DNA of 64,000 bases from the human T2T-CHM13v2.0 reference genome, Homo sapiens. This document shows, piece by piece, positions 48,651 to 64,000 of this stretch; positions within the stretch are counted from its first letter, which is position 1; each line of letters begins with the position of its first letter. Made by a program: the position numbers and the translations under genes. The stretch lies in the NCBI RefSeq assembly GCF_009914755.1, contig NC_060947.1. One strand, given 5' to 3'. The notes beneath the pieces are model-generated. The model made no database searches and was not told where the DNA came from. It saw nothing but the letters and a program-made list of their open reading frames with translations.

Positions 48651-49414
48651 TTTTGAACTGGTGACTTGATTACGTTAAAGGCTTCCACCAGAAGTTGCCT
48701 TTCTGAGATGTCATCAGAGCAAGCTCCTCTGTTCTCTGTATTATTTTAGTTATTCTTTCTGAGGCCTCACTAGCTCCAGCCAAAGGTAAAAGGAGAAAAA
48801 CAAGGAGGTCTATGAATCTGGAAACCCTAAAAGAACACCGTACAACTTGCTTTGCATGAAAGCCAACTTATGATGCCCACATGGCAAGTAAGTACATATT
48901 TAATAAATATAAAGAACTTTCAATTCAGTTGGCATCCCAAACCTTGTGGTATAAACACTAAAGATACTTAATTTACTTTAGTGAAACTCATTCTATAGCA
49001 TAACAGAAAAATCAGGCTCAGCAAAAATCTGGCAATTTCTAGATTGGGTATGTGCAGGACAGAGTTTATCTGTTTCCAATCACAGCCGAAGCCAAGAGTC
49101 CATCAAACTTAATAACAGCCACTGATCTCCCTGTGTTAGCTTGACTCTCACTAAGGAATCTATAGACATCAGTCTAAACACAGACCCACATCCATTCTCA
49201 AACCGGGGCTAAAAATTAAAGAGCAAAACGATCAAGCATTCTCCTCATCTGACTATGGAGCTCAAGCTCAGACATGTGATTTAAAACAGTCTTAACAGGA
49301 TCTCTGTTGTTAGGTTTAGAGTATGTTATGTGGGTATAGATTATATGTATATGTTATGACTTCCCTTAACTCACCAGTGAATTAAATAAACTATACACTC
49401 TCTGGAACTCTACA

Positions 49415-49600
49415 CAGTATTTCTCAATGTATGGTCTGGAATCCCCCAGCACCAAAATCACCTGGAATGAGTGTTGAAAAAGCACATTTCGGGGACATAT
49501 CAAGACCTAATGAGTAAGAAGATCAGGGGAAAGGCTTTAGAATAGCTTTAACAGGGTTTCCAAATGAGTCTTCCAGGAGCCAAAGTTGAGAACCAATGCC
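49415..49600. mobile_element. MER5-family DNA transposon fossil
   Basis: cagtatttctcaa...caaaatcacctgg...ttgagaaccaatg. Confidence 0.6.
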
Positions 49601-49774
49601 TAGTCCTCTAGCATGAAGAGAACGGCTCCCATTTTCAAATATGAGTACAGCAAGTTCAGGAATAATCCCATCAGTTGCCTTAGAACAGGAGTCAGAAATA
49701 TATGGATTCCTTTTGGGAAGTGTGGCTCCTTCTTAGGCCTTCTTAGGTCCTCTTTCCCTCAGTCCTATTGGTTA

Positions 49775-50218
<444 letters not shown>

Positions 50219-50309
50219 TCACTCCCCTCCAACCCTACTTCTCCTTCCACGCACTCTGACAGCCAACATACCCTGTCTGAACCCAATCTGCATATTATTT
50301 TTTCGTTCG

Positions 50310-50560
50310 TATAAATCTAAGGGGTAGAAGCGTAGCTTATTACATGGATATATTGGATATATCACATAGAGGTGAAGTCTGAGCTTTTATTTTTACTGTA
50401 ACCATCACCCAAATAATATACCTTGTACCCATTAAGTAATTTGTCATCCCTCACCCTCCTCCCTCACTCCCACTCTTCCAAATCTCCAATGTTTATTTCC
50501 CACACTCTATGTCCACCGTGTACACATTATTTAGCTCCCACTTATAAAGGAGAACATTTG
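50310..50560 (-). mobile_element. L1MA 3'UTR fragment
   Basis: ccatcacccaaataatatac...acattatttagctcccacttataa. Confidence 0.75.
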
Positions 50561-51519
50561 GTCCATTATGTATATTATTAAGTACAGCTGAGATGTTTTC
50601 ATTTCTTCTCCTGTGTTTTAGAGAGAGTTTAGCACAGATATCTTCAGATTAATATCTGGAATTAAATGGGCTCCTTGTGCCTCAACATCTGGGAGATGTG
50701 CCCGGCCTGGTACCTACTAATCCAGAATCTTCTTAGAGAAGGAACCTGGGTTGGACCTTGGGCCAGGGGAAAGGATTCTTCAGCACTGGTTAGTAGAGAG
50801 CTGGACACTCTTTTGCTGTTAGCTGGGATAAGGGCTGCTCTTTGGAAAATAATAACACATTTTCACTTCTTTTTTCCCTTCTGTCAAGTTTCTAGACCCA
50901 GTGCAAAGGAGTTTAGTCAATAATGCACATTTTGGTAGTCCTTTTTAATGATTTCTTTTTCTGTTGTATGATGCTAGGGTTTTCCCCTTTTGAGCAGGGA
51001 TAGAGAGAAGGTTGACTGTCTTCCTGGAACAAAGGAAAGCTCTGATTGTAATGTCTTAAATAAGGGGATTACCAGGTGGCTGTCTAGGCCCAGATTTCAT
51101 CAAGCATTTGGCCCATAAAGCTGTCACTCTTGAGAAAAAATACATTCTGAAACTGACACTGGGATGTTGGAGAGTTGGGTTCTATGTGAGTCAAAAGCTA
51201 AAAGCATGTGTCTATCTCCACAAGAAGAAGCGACTCTTGGTGGGAAATGTGGTTCTTGGTGGGAGACTTCTGCACCAAGAGGTACTGGCACAGAGTGTGA
51301 GACCCAATAATGGCTGTAGGGATTTTAATTCTCTGGGTGTGGCAAAGTGGCTTCTGTGCCCATTCCTGAGAGTTCCTGCACAGCTGCTGCTTCATTCAAA
51401 ATCTATGTTACTTAAAAGCTGTTGTGGTCAATATTTTTGCCAACTTGAAAGTTCTTAGAGATGGAATTTCTGGTATTCCCTGCAGCCCCCTTCTATCACA
51501 ATCTCTTCAATTTCTTAAC

Positions 51520-52010
51520 TAGTATAGAGAATAAGAACATGGACTTTGAAACCAAATAGGCCTGAATATGACATCCTAGCTATACCACTTATTGGCTGTC
51601 TGACCTTGAGCAAGTTCCCTAGCCCTTTTGAGCCTCAGTTTTCATGTCTGTAAAATGGGAATAATCATAATACATACTTTGGTTTGTTGTTGTAAAGATT
51701 AAATAAAATTATACAAGGAAAGTGTTTAACACAGTGCCCGTTACATAAGAAAGTCTTGATAAATGTTAGCTGTCGTTGCTATTGCTGGGCATTGGTTATA
51801 AAAAGAGGACTGCTAGAAGCCACATAGTTCAGTGAAAAGTGCTATGGATTTGGTCAGGAGTCCTGGGATCAAGCCCCAGCTCTATCTTTGATTGGCTCTG
51901 TGGCCTTGGCCAAGTCACTTCACCTCTCTGAACCTCAATTTTTTTTGATCTTTAATGAGAATCTTTCCTATCTGCTTTACAGAGTTATTGAGAGAATCAA
52001 ATGTAACTAT
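51520..52010 (+). mobile_element. Two MIR SINEs
   Basis: MIR cores tgaccttgagcaagtt...gcctcagttttcatgtctgtaaaatggg and ggccttggccaagtcacttcacctctctgaacctc. Confidence 0.7.
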
Positions 52011-52111
52011 ATAAGGAAAATCACTTTGAAAGTTGTAAATTTGTATACAATCATGGGAGGGAGCATTATGTTCTCCTTTGATGTATTAGCGGATTTTAAA
52101 ACTAAAATTTT

Positions 52112-52270
52112 ATTTCATTTTAGAGACAGAGTCTCACTACATTGCCCAGGTGGAAGTACAGTGGCTACACACAGGCATGATCATAGTGCACTACAGCCTG
52201 GAGTTCCTAACCTCAAGTGATCCTCCTGCCTCAGCCTCCCGAGTATCTGGGACTACAGGCATATGCAGCA
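52112..52270 (-). mobile_element. FLAM / partial Alu monomer
   Basis: gagacagagtctcactacattgcccagg...gggactacaggc. Confidence 0.7.
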
Positions 52271-52539
52271 GAAGATTGCTTTAAAAAAAAAAAAGATGGC
52301 TCTGGGCTTCGGAGACTTATTTGTATACAATGCTGGGGAATTATGGTGTAAGCCATCCAGGTAAAGCATGAGATATTATAAAAAGAGGCATACTTGTAGC
52401 ACTCAAAATTAACTCTTTATTAGCCAATTCAGTGGAATAACTTAACCCCCAAATGTTAAATGCCAGCATTTATCCTGCAATGTGACTGAGGCCAGGGAAT
52501 TTAATCAGCCCAAACTTTAAGCTTTAAGAATTTTACCCT

Positions 52540-52969
52540 GACAATGTATATTGATAGCTTATCTTCACAGGTGTGGGACAAAGGACAAAACTCAAACTCA
52601 TCCGTCTGCTCACCTGAGACAAATGCATATTTGATTGCTTCTTCTGATGTAAAAATGCAGATTCACTGAGGAAGATGAAGGCATAAGTGACTATTCCTCT
52701 ACCCCCTCTCACATGTAAATTGTGTATTCAGTGAAAGGCTGATCAAAGACTCAAAAAAATGCAACCATTTGTCTCTTATCTTCCCACACCTTTTAAAAAT
52801 GTGGTCATCTTTCCCCAATATCCGCCTTTTCCCCCTTTAGACATTGAAGCCCTCAAAATTATCTTTGGAGAAAGGCACAGACCTGCCTCCCAGGTGCACA
52901 TCCTTAACCATGGCAAAATAAAATTTCGAAATTGTTTCTGACCTGTCTTAGGTACTTTTCTGGTTTACA
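52540..52969 (+). mobile_element. MER4-group (ERV1) LTR, 3' part
   Basis: ctcacctgagacaaatgcatat, aaggctgatcaaagactc, AATAAA at ~52917, and a terminal ...ggtttaca. Confidence 0.72.
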
Positions 52970-53870
52970 AACTCAACAACAAAAAGATAAATAACCCAAT
53001 TAACAAATGGGCAAAGGAGAAATAGATATTTCTCCAAAGAAGATACACAAATGGCTAACAAGCACATGAAAAGATACTTAACATCATTATTTACTAGAGA
53101 AATGCAAATCAAAACCACAATGAGATACTATTTCACACCCACTAGCATGACTATAATTTTTTTAAAACAGGAACCTAACAAGTGTTAGCCAGGATGTGGA
53201 GAGATTGGAACCCTCATACATTGCTAGTGGGGATGTAATGTAAAGTGGTATTGCTGTTGGGGAAAACAGTTTGGTAGTTCCTCAAAAACTTAAACATAGA
53301 GTTACCATATGACCCAGCAATTCCACTCCTAGGTATATACCCAAAAGAATTGAAAACAGGTGTTCAAACAAAAATTTGTACAAGAATGTTCATAATAGCA
53401 CTATACACAATAACCAAAAGGTAGATAGGACACAAGTGTCTATCAATGGATGAATGGCTAAACAAAATGTGGTACATCCATATAATGAAGTATTATTTAG
53501 TCATAAATAGAAATGAAGTACTGATAAATGTCACGACATGGATGAACCTCAAACACATTATGCTAAGTGAAAGAAGCCAGCACAAAAGCCACATATTGTA
53601 TGATTCCATTTACGTGAAATATCCAGAGTAGGCAAGTACAGAGATAGAAAGCAGAATAGTTGTTGTCAGGGGCTGATGGGAGATACGAATGGTGAATGAC
53701 TGCTTAATAGGAACGGGGTTTCCATTTTGGAGAACCAAACAGGTTCTGGACCTTGATAGTGGTGATGATTGTACAACATTGTGAATGTATGTACTGTCAC
53801 TGAATTGTATACTTTAAAATGGTTAAAATGGTAAATTTTATGTGATCTGTATTTTACTACAATAAAAAAT
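52970..53870 (+). mobile_element. L1MB-like LINE 3' fragment
   Basis: Degenerate ORF2 end (WLNKMWYIHIMKYY) and 3'UTR ending ttttactacaataaaaaa. Confidence 0.85.
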
Positions 53871-54716
53871 GTTATCTAATTCAATCCTTCCACTAGTTCA
53901 GATTATACATCCCAATTCATCTGATTTAGTGGCATTCTGCAGAAAATACTTGTAGTCATAGCCCAGATCCATAAAACAATAAGCATCCATCCACCTACTA
54001 CCAGTCTGTGCTTTAACTTTGGTTTTAACCTAATTTCTTTGTTGACATATCTAACTGAGGGCTGCTTCACTTCATAGGATCTTTTAACATCAAAATAGAG
54101 TTTTGTTCTGACTGGCCAATTCTCTTCCCTATAAATTAGGTTTCTGTTTACTTTTTATTTCCAAAGGTTAATCATTCTAAACTCTACCTCACTCTCAGAG
54201 CCTTTTCAAGTTCACCAACAACCAATTCAATTAAACACACATTAGTTTGAGAATGGAAGTGTTGATATGAGCACACACTATTATACGCTGATTGATATTA
54301 TCTGGTTGACAAACCTAGACATATGAAATAGACACATCGCCCTCTCACGTGTCAACTGATTTTTCACATGGATATGTGTCTATCAAATAATACTATATGT
54401 CCTAACCTCTGATTTTTTTGGATTTCTAAGTGTAGAGTCTATGCTTCAGTAAAAGTCTGTATTTTTATCTTCATGAAATAACTCAAAACATCTGCAAACT
54501 ATTATTTTTTCGAAAATACTATCTTCCCTTGCTTATACATTAAAATGGTGATTATTTGGTTTGTAGAATTGGATGGAAAACCACCATGCAAATCAAAAGC
54601 CAAGAATGTCAGGTCCTTCCCCAATCATCCCCCTAGTGTTGAGCTCCAGCGGGAGAATAGATGATACAAGAAGAAGTTATGCCTCTGATCTGTGAGGCCC
54701 CTCAACCTGTCCCTTA

Positions 54717-54887
<171 letters not shown>

Positions 54888-57800
54888 TCAAGAGGGAGAA
54901 TAGAAGGAACAATTTAAAACCTGTGCTCTCTTCCTCAAATTAGTGGTTTTCTCTTATTCTTTAATAAGAGTAAGGAATCCAAAGTTGGTTGAAGGACTAA
55001 GAATCCAAAGTGAAAAAAATAAGCCCAGGGAAGAATTTCCTACCTCCCCGTCTTCATTCCTAGTACCTACTCAAACCAAAGACTACTAGCCTTGATTTCC
55101 CCTCTGGGGTGCTGCACACTTTTGCCAATCCCCAAACAAAGACAGAAACTTCAAATTGCTTGTTCGTGCAAGATCAGAATCCTGATGTTATCTCCTTACT
55201 GATGTTAAATACAAATCTCATTTAGTTCTGATCTTTGTTTTAATGTCTGAATTTGACTTTGGAAGTCCAGTTCTCATAGAGGCGAGTCTTTTGAGTTATG
55301 ACCTGGAATTGGCATCCAAACTGCACTCTTTGCTCCTATTATTCAAGGAATTATTTGGATTGAATCTTGACTGTGTTAGTTGCTTATCTTAATCATGTCA
55401 ATAATGATTTTCTGGGATTTTAAAGAAAATCTACAGAATTTAAAAATCTATAGATTTTAAAGAAAATCTATGGAATGGTTTCCTAAAGGGACAAAAATTT
55501 ATCATTTGGGCTTTCCTTGGGATTCAGCAGACAATTTAGTTGATTCCATTTTGAAGAAAATGGTACACTTGACTTTGAGACACTGGTCCCTGCCATGGTC
55601 CTCTTGATGTGGGTCAGAATCCCTGCTTTTTATCTTTAACAAATACTGGCCAAGAATCTGCAATGCATTACACCCCATTCCAGGAAATGGGCCTACAACA
55701 ATAAACAAAACAAATTCTTGTGGTCATGAAGCTGACATACTTGCTTCTGTTGTAGACTCTGCTCAGCTCAGGGCAGATAGCCTTCAGACACTGTAGCCAA
55801 AGAAGGAACCACAGTGAAGCTTACAAAGGTTGTGCTCCTGGGGTGCTCCTGGCCAGTGTCTCCAGTGCTTCCTTATTACTACCAGGCCCCATTGGGAGCT
55901 CTTGGGGAGAGGCCATATCAACCAATTCCAAGCCCAGCTTTAATAATAATAATTACAATAATGACAACTAACTTTTACTAAGAGCTTACAATGTGCTAAG
56001 CAGAGAGTGCTCTCCATAGATACATCTCACTGAAGCCTCACAACAATTCTTTGAAGCATTTGCTATTGTGGGCTCCATTTTACGGACGGGGAAAACAAAA
56101 TTTGAGAGATGATGTAACCTGCCCTAATTCTTTCAGTGGCAGAGCAAGCATTTGAAAGGTCTGTCCAGCTTGATAGCCCTTGTTCTTGATCACTGTGAAC
56201 TCGTGTCTCCTAATTATAAGAGCCAGAAAAGGGAGAGCCCATACTGAAGCCCAAGTTCAAGACGTTTAAAGGCAACAACCAGAACATATGGTGTGCCTGC
56301 TTCCTTAAGAAGGGCTGAGGGACAGTCAAGCCCGTGAGCAGTAAGAAAAACTGTTTTGAAGTCTCAGTTTCTTAAATGACTAAATTCAATTTGATTCAAC
56401 AACAGCAAGATGCTAATAATCTGCCATTGTATCTTTTTAACTATTTGTGCTCAAATAAAGGGAACAGAAAATGTCTTGGAGAGTAATGTAGGCATCCACA
56501 TTCCTAACACTTCAGATAGGACATTAGGTGAAAATCTGGCAGGAAATAAAATTGGCTCAGTGTCAGTATTTCTGACATAACTGTATACCTGGATTTCTTC
56601 TTTAACAATCTCCTCGTTGTTCTGAATGTCACTTAATCCATTAGAATCCTGCCCCTTCAAGGGAATTGACCCCACTGGCCAATTTCATGCTTGCCCCAGC
56701 TTTTATGTAGCACTGGGTGTCAGGACCCTTGACTTAATGCTATCAACCATCCTTCCATTGGGGTTGTCATTTTGGTACTTAAGGGAAATTTCCCATGCAA
56801 AGGTCAGGTTGGTTGTTGATAACTTAGGTCCTATTAATACCCTATGTTGTCTTCAGCCTTGTTTTCCAGGGTATCAACTAAGGGATCAGGCCAAAAGTGT
56901 GAGGTATAGGCCCAAGCCAAACATTTAAGAAAGCTTGCCTTTAGGCTATTGTGGCCTTCCCCAACCACTTCCTTGTGAGAAGTAATGCCCCTAGAATATT
57001 TTCCTTTAATTTTCACAAAAAATAATTTTTTTAAAAAAATGGAATATCTCTGCTATATGAGTCTCTCTGTTGCTGGGACTTAGAGAGGAGGGGAAAGAAG
57101 GAGGAGTCCAAGAAACCAGTTTCCTCTTTCTGAATGTGAGAACCCTGTTGCCACTTGGTCATGGTCATGAGGCTGCAGGGAGTGTAACTATGGAGGTGAG
57201 TGAAAGCTAGTGTTGATGTTTAAAACTGAAGATTGAATACTTCATGGAAGTGACTTTTCCTGCTGTAGTACAAGAGGGAAATAGTCTTCTGACCCTAGGG
57301 GCTGCTTAACAACTTTAGGGTCAACACCATTAGTGTCTATCTCAGTGTTTTCTCCTCTATAGCTAAAGGATCCAGAAGAAAGGAAACCAGAGTGAGAGAT
57401 GTGGGGTCTTAACAGACATGTCAGAAATAAGCCCCACTTACCTTTTGCCAAATGGAAAATAATCATCTCTCCAATGGAGAAGGGTCTCCTCCTTGTTCTC
57501 TTCCCACTTACACAGGGACCTTTGGGCATAATTCCACCCACAGGCTGAGACGGGGAAGGCAGCTGTTAAGGGTTGTCTCCTTGACAATATCTTCAGCTCC
57601 CCCTGAAGCATTTCTGGATCAGAGCTATACTCTGACTGAGCAATGGATCCCTACCATAAGTTTAGGATTAGCTGGAGGCAAGATGCTACATACATGCTAC
57701 ATTATGTAGGTGCTAAGGTGTACCCTTCTTTCTGTCCAGGCAGGTATAAAGAAGTTGAGCATCTTGGGGTAATGGAAAGATCATGGGGTTTGAGTTTAAT

Positions 57801-57983
57801 ACACCTGGGTCAGATTTCCAAGTCTACAATTTACTACCAGGGTGGGCTTGAGCAATATCTTTAACTTCTCTGAGTCTTCATTCAATCCTCACAAGCAACC
57901 CTTTGAGGTAGATGTTAATATTATACCCACTGTAGATGAGGAAAAGAAGGCCCAGAGAAGTTAATCAACTAGCCCAGGGGTCA

Positions 57984-58595
<612 letters not shown>

Positions 58596-58785
58596 AAGTG
58601 AATATGGCAATACTAATCAACACTGTGTGCCAGGTAATAGGCACATTATATATTTATACATTCTGTCACTCAAGGCTTACAACAGCCCTGTGGGGGTAGG
58701 ATCAGCTGAGAAGCAGAACCAAGTTCCCACTCCTTTTAATTTTGGCAGGGTTAGAGTAGGGAACAGAAGAGAAGTAGTCCAATTA

Positions 58786-59118
<333 letters not shown>

Positions 59119-61022
59119 TTAATATATACACACATATATAGTTCATATTCAAAGAAAAAAGTCTAGAAGGATATCCACAAATTGTTAGAGGTGGTTCCCT
59201 CTGAGGAATGGCGCACTAGGGACAGGAATGAAATTTTCATTTTCTACTTCATGTCCTTCTGTATAATTTTAATTTTTACATTATGAGCATATATCCTTTT
59301 TACATAACAGTCTTACTGAGATATAGTTTACATGCCATACATTTTGCCCATTTAAAGTATATAATTCAATAGTGGCAATTCCGGGGAATGGGAGGAAAGG
59401 CCATGAGTTTTGTTATTATTACAGTGAGAATTATAAAAGATCTTTCACATCCAAATTTCTCTCGTGTTTTTGTTTTGATTTAAAAAAAATCAAAGATCTT
59501 CACAGATACACAAGGCTTTAATTCATCAGATCCTTTCCTCTTTCACACAAGAGCTCTACAATATATCTATCCTATTTTCAAAGTCATCCTATGTACCACC
59601 TGCACCTCCCTTCCCCAAGCTTGCTAAATCCAGATGAAAATACCTTCTGATTGGGAATGGTGCCAGGTTGATGATAATTACATGTTAAGAAAAATCAGAA
59701 GAAAGATAAAAACAAATGAAAGGCTAAAGACATGAAAGACTCCTTTTTGGAGTGTGGTAATGTATTTTACCTTTAAAAAATTTCAACCAAAGACATCACA
59801 GGAAGAGCAAACTACAGACCAATATCTCTTATGAATATAGACACAAAAATCCTCAATAACACACTCACGAACTGAATCCAACAGCATATAAAAAGAATTG
59901 TATACCATGACAAAGTAGGATTTACAAGGAATGATTGGCTTAATGTATGAAAATCAGTGAATGCCAAACACTGTATCAATAGAATAAAAACAAAAACTAT
60001 ATGACCATTTCAATAGATGCAGAAAAAACATTTGTAAAATTCAACACCCTTCCATGATAAATGCACTCAATCTTGATAGAAGATATCTGTGACAAACCAC
60101 GGCTAACATCATGGTGAAGGCTGGATATATTCCCCCTAAGATCAGGAACAAGACAAGGATGACTGCTTTTATCATTTCTATTCGACACTGTATGGGAGAT
60201 TATAGACCGGGAAATTAGGTAAGAAAATGAAATTAATGCCATCCAGAATGGAAAGGAAGAAGTGAAATTATCTCTATTCACAGATGACATAATTTTGTGT
60301 ATAAAACTCTTAATGAATACGCTAAAAATGACTAGAATATATGAATTCATCAAAGTTGAAGGATGCAAGTGTATTTCTATACACTTGCAATGAACAATCT
60401 GAAAATGAAATTAAGAAAACACTTCCCTTTACAATAGCAACAAAAGAATAAAAACTTAAAAGTCAATTTAACAAAAGATGCGCAAAACTCATAATCTGAA
60501 AACTATAAGACACTGATGAGAAAAAATGCCAAAGTCCTGAATAAATGAAAGGAAATCCCATGTTCATTCATTGGAAGACTTAAACTTGTTAAGATGGCAG
60601 TACTTCACAAAATGATCTACAGATTCAATGCAATAGCTATTGAATTTCATGCTGGCTTTTTTTTTTTTTCCAGAAAATTGATCTTAAAATTCATAGTGAA
60701 ATGCAAGGGACCACAAATAGCCAAAATAATCTTGAACAAGAAGAACAAAGTTGGATAACTTATACTTCAATTTCAAAGCTTACTATAAAACTACAGTAAT
60801 CAAGACAGTGTAGCACTAGCATAAAGATAGACATATAGATCAATGAAATAGAGTTGAGAGTTCAGAAATGAACCTATACATCTATGGTTGATTTTCAGCA
60901 AGGGTGCCAAGACTATTCAATGAAAAAAGAATAGTCTCTTCAACATATGGTGCTGGAGCAACTGGGTATCCACATGCAAAAGAATTAAGTTGGACCTTTA
61001 TCTCACAACATATATAAAAATA

Positions 61023-61495
61023 CTATAAAGACACATGCACATGTATGTTTATTGCAGCACTATTCACAATAGCAAAGACTTGGAACCAACCCAAGTGCCT
61101 ATCAGTGATAGACTGGATAAAGAAAATGTGGCACATATACACCATGGAATACTATGCAGCCATAAAAAATGATGAGCTCATGCCCTTTGCAGGGACATGG
61201 ATGAAGCTGGAAACCATCATTCTCAGCAAACTAACACAGGAATAGAAAACCAAACACCGCATGTTGTCACTCATAAGTGGGAGCTGAACAATGAGAACAC
61301 ATCGACATGGGGGGTGGTACATCACACACTGGGGCCTGTTGTGGGGTGGGGGGCTAGGGGAGGGATAGCATTAGGAGAAATACCTAATGTAGATGATGGG
61401 TTGATGTGTACAGCAAACCACCATGGCACATGTATACCTATGTAACAAACCTGCACTTTCTGCACATGTATCCCAGAACTTAAAGTGTAATTTTA
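61023..61495 (+). mobile_element. L1PA 3' end nested in older L1
   Basis: Near-consensus MFIAALFTIAKTWNQPKC...MEYYAAIKNDE and an L1PA 3'UTR ending cccagaacttaaagtgtaa. Confidence 0.88.
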
Positions 61496-61660
61496 AAAAT
61501 TAACTCAAAATGGATTAAAGGCCTAAATATGAGAGCTAAAACTATAAAATTCTTAGAAAAAACATAGGAGTAAATCTTTGTGATCCTGGATTTGGCAATG
61601 GATTTTTAGATATGACACCAGAAGCTCAAGTAACAAAAGAAAAAATAAATAGATAAATAG

Positions 61661-61993
61661 TGATATGGTTTGGCTCTGTGTCCCCACCCAAATTTCATGT
61701 CAAATTGTAATCCCCACATGTCGAGGGAGGAACTTGGTGGAAGGTGATTGGGTCATGGGGGCAGTTTCCCCCATGCTGTTCTCGTGATAGTGAGTGTGTT
61801 CTCATGAGAGCCGATGGCTTAAAAGTGTGTGGCATCCCCGCTTGCACTCTCTCTCTACTGCCACCATGTAAGACGTGCCTTGCTTCCCCTTTATCCTCTG
61901 CCATGATTGAACTGTGAGTCAATTAAACCTCTTTTCTTTATAAATTACCCAGTCTCAGGTAGTTCTTTATAGCAGTGAGAATGGACTAATACA
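61661..61993 (+). mobile_element. MST/THE1-family (MaLR) solo LTR nested in L1
   Basis: tgatatggtttggctctgtg...ggactaataca with a 5-bp target-site duplication aat(a/g)g. Confidence 0.9.
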
Positions 61994-63134
61994 AATGGAT
62001 TTCATAAAAATTAAAAATGTTCGTGCATCAAAGGTTACTAGGAAGAAAATGAAAAGATGACCTACGTAATGGAAGAATATATTTGCAAATTATATATCTG
62101 ATAAGTCTTGGATCTGAAACATATAAAGAACTCTTTCTTACTAATAGGAATTCTTTTTATTGAATTCTTAAGGAATTCAATAATAAAAATTTAAATAACC
62201 CAATTAGAAAATAAAAAAAGATGTGAATAGACATTTCTCCAAACAAGAAAGATATACAAATATATTTTCCAAAGATATATAAATGGCCAACAAGTACATG
62301 AAAAGATGCTCAACATCACCAGTTGGCAGGGAAATACAACTCAAAACCATAATGAGATGCCATTTCACACCCACTAGAATGGCTAGAATGAAAAATTCAA
62401 TTCAGATAATAACACGCATTGGCAAGGTTGTGGAGAAATTGGAACACCCATACACTGCTGGTGGTGCCCCCATACATTGCTGGTGTTAAAGTGGTCCAGC
62501 CACTTTGGAAAACAGTCTAGCAGTGCCTCAAAAGGTTAAATATATAACGGCCATTTGACCCAACAATTCCACTCCTAGGTATATATCCCAGAGAAATAAA
62601 AACATATATCTGCCCCAAAACTTATACACAAATGTTCACAGCAGTATTATTCACAATAGCCAAAAGGTGGAAACAACCCAAATATCCATTAACTGATGAA
62701 TGGATAAAATGTGGTATAGTCATGCAATGGACAGTCAGTAGCAAAAAGGATGAAATTCTGATACATGCTACAACATGAATGAACCTTGAAAACATTATAA
62801 TGAGTACAAGAAGTCAATAAGAAAAGACCAGCTTCCACTCATGTGAAATGTCCAGAATAGGTAAATCCACAGAGACAGAAAGCAGATTAATGATTTCTAG
62901 GGCCTGGCGGGCGTTGGGGGAAGGTTGAATAGGGAGGACTGGTCAATGGGTACAGGAGTTTATTTTTGAGGTGATGAAAAAGTTCCAAAATTTATTATGA
63001 TGATGATTGTACAACTCTGTGGATTTACAAAAAACGTTGAATTTTACCGTTTAAGTGGTTTAATTGTATAATATATGAATTATATCTCAATAAAACTGCT
63101 ACCAAAAAAGAAATCAAGTTCTTGATGCATGATT

Positions 63135-63790
63135 TTAAATAAATGACCCTTGAAAACATAGTAAGTGAAAGGAAGCCAGTCAAAAATAGCCACATATTGT
63201 ATAATTCATTCATGGGAAATGTTCCCAATAGGCAAATCCATAGAGGCAGAAAGCAGATCAGTGGTTTGAAAGAGGATAGGGGAATGGAGAATGACTGCTA
63301 CTGGGCGCAGGGTTTCTTTTTAGGGTGACAAAATGTCCTAAAATTGGGTAATAGTGATAGCTGCACATGCTAAAAGGTAGAACTTTGTAGTATGTGAATT
63401 ATATTTCAAGAAAGCTGTTATATAGAAACATAAAAATTTTAAATGATAAAAGTTATTCCTGTTAGGTAGGAGAAAATGTGTATGTTTATATAAAAGATGA
63501 GATTAGACACGAAAAAATAAAGGAAGAAAAGAAGAAAAAAGCAAGTAAGCTGATACATGCTACAACATGAATGACTCTTGAAAACATGCTAAGTGAAAAC
63601 ATACTAAGTGAAACAACCTTTGTATGATTCCACTTACATGAAATATCCAGAATAAGAAAATTTATAGAGGCAGAAAGTAGATTAGTGGTTATTTAGGGGG
63701 GAACCTGTTAATTGGTACAGGGTTTCTTTTAGGGAGGGGTAGCAATGTTTAAAAACAGATAAAATAAACTTTAAAATGTTTAAATGCCCT
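63135..63790 (+). mobile_element. Further old L1 3'UTR fragments
   Basis: Repeated ttgaaaacat...aagtgaaa / agaggcagaaag motifs. Confidence 0.65.
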
Positions 63791-64000
63791 TTTTGTACTT
63801 ATTATCTTTATTACAAAACAATACATTTATGTTAGCACTTAAAAAAAATCTTCAAATGGTAACTAGAGTAGCAGCTTGGGCATTGTGGGGCTAGCACCTG
63901 CCCTGTCATTATGAGCCTGTGGGGACTTCATATGGATATATTTGATAATGACACACTATAAGGACAATCTCATGTTATGGGGATTAAAACAGAACCCGCT

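Larger units (their letters stand above)
59780..63110 (+). mobile_element. Old L1 (L1MB-like) ORF2-3'UTR hosting nested insertions
   Basis: Collinear degenerate ORF2 text from aactacagaccaatatctcttatgaa to tatatctcaataaaactg. Confidence 0.85.

Overview
This is primate, almost certainly human, genomic DNA rich in Alu, L1, L2, MIR, LTR and MER elements. I recognise it as the Xq24 region holding two convergent genes. On the + strand is a 3-exon CT47-family cancer/testis gene (probably CT47C1; CDS 22961-23813 + 24695-24816, 324 aa). On the - strand are the last nine coding exons of KIAA1210 (CRACD/KIAA1211 family; about 1456 aa in-window, including a 3.2-kb exon) and its ~2.7-kb 3'UTR. All exons were rebuilt by hand from GT/AG boundaries with consistent phase. 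Positions 1-22.6 kb are intergenic and mostly repeats. I found no convincing new multi-gene system. The best leads are a degenerate ~18 x 36-aa tandem repeat in the giant KIAA1210 exon, paired EPVW..A..K..W/F helices plus an FGVRLKR motif in its C-terminus, a TCCCGC (E2F6-type) cluster in the CT47 promoter, and two insertions with repair-like junctions in one KIAA1210 intron, one copied from a visible local template. Gene names and repeat subfamilies come from recognition rather than database searches, and old repeat boundaries are approximate.
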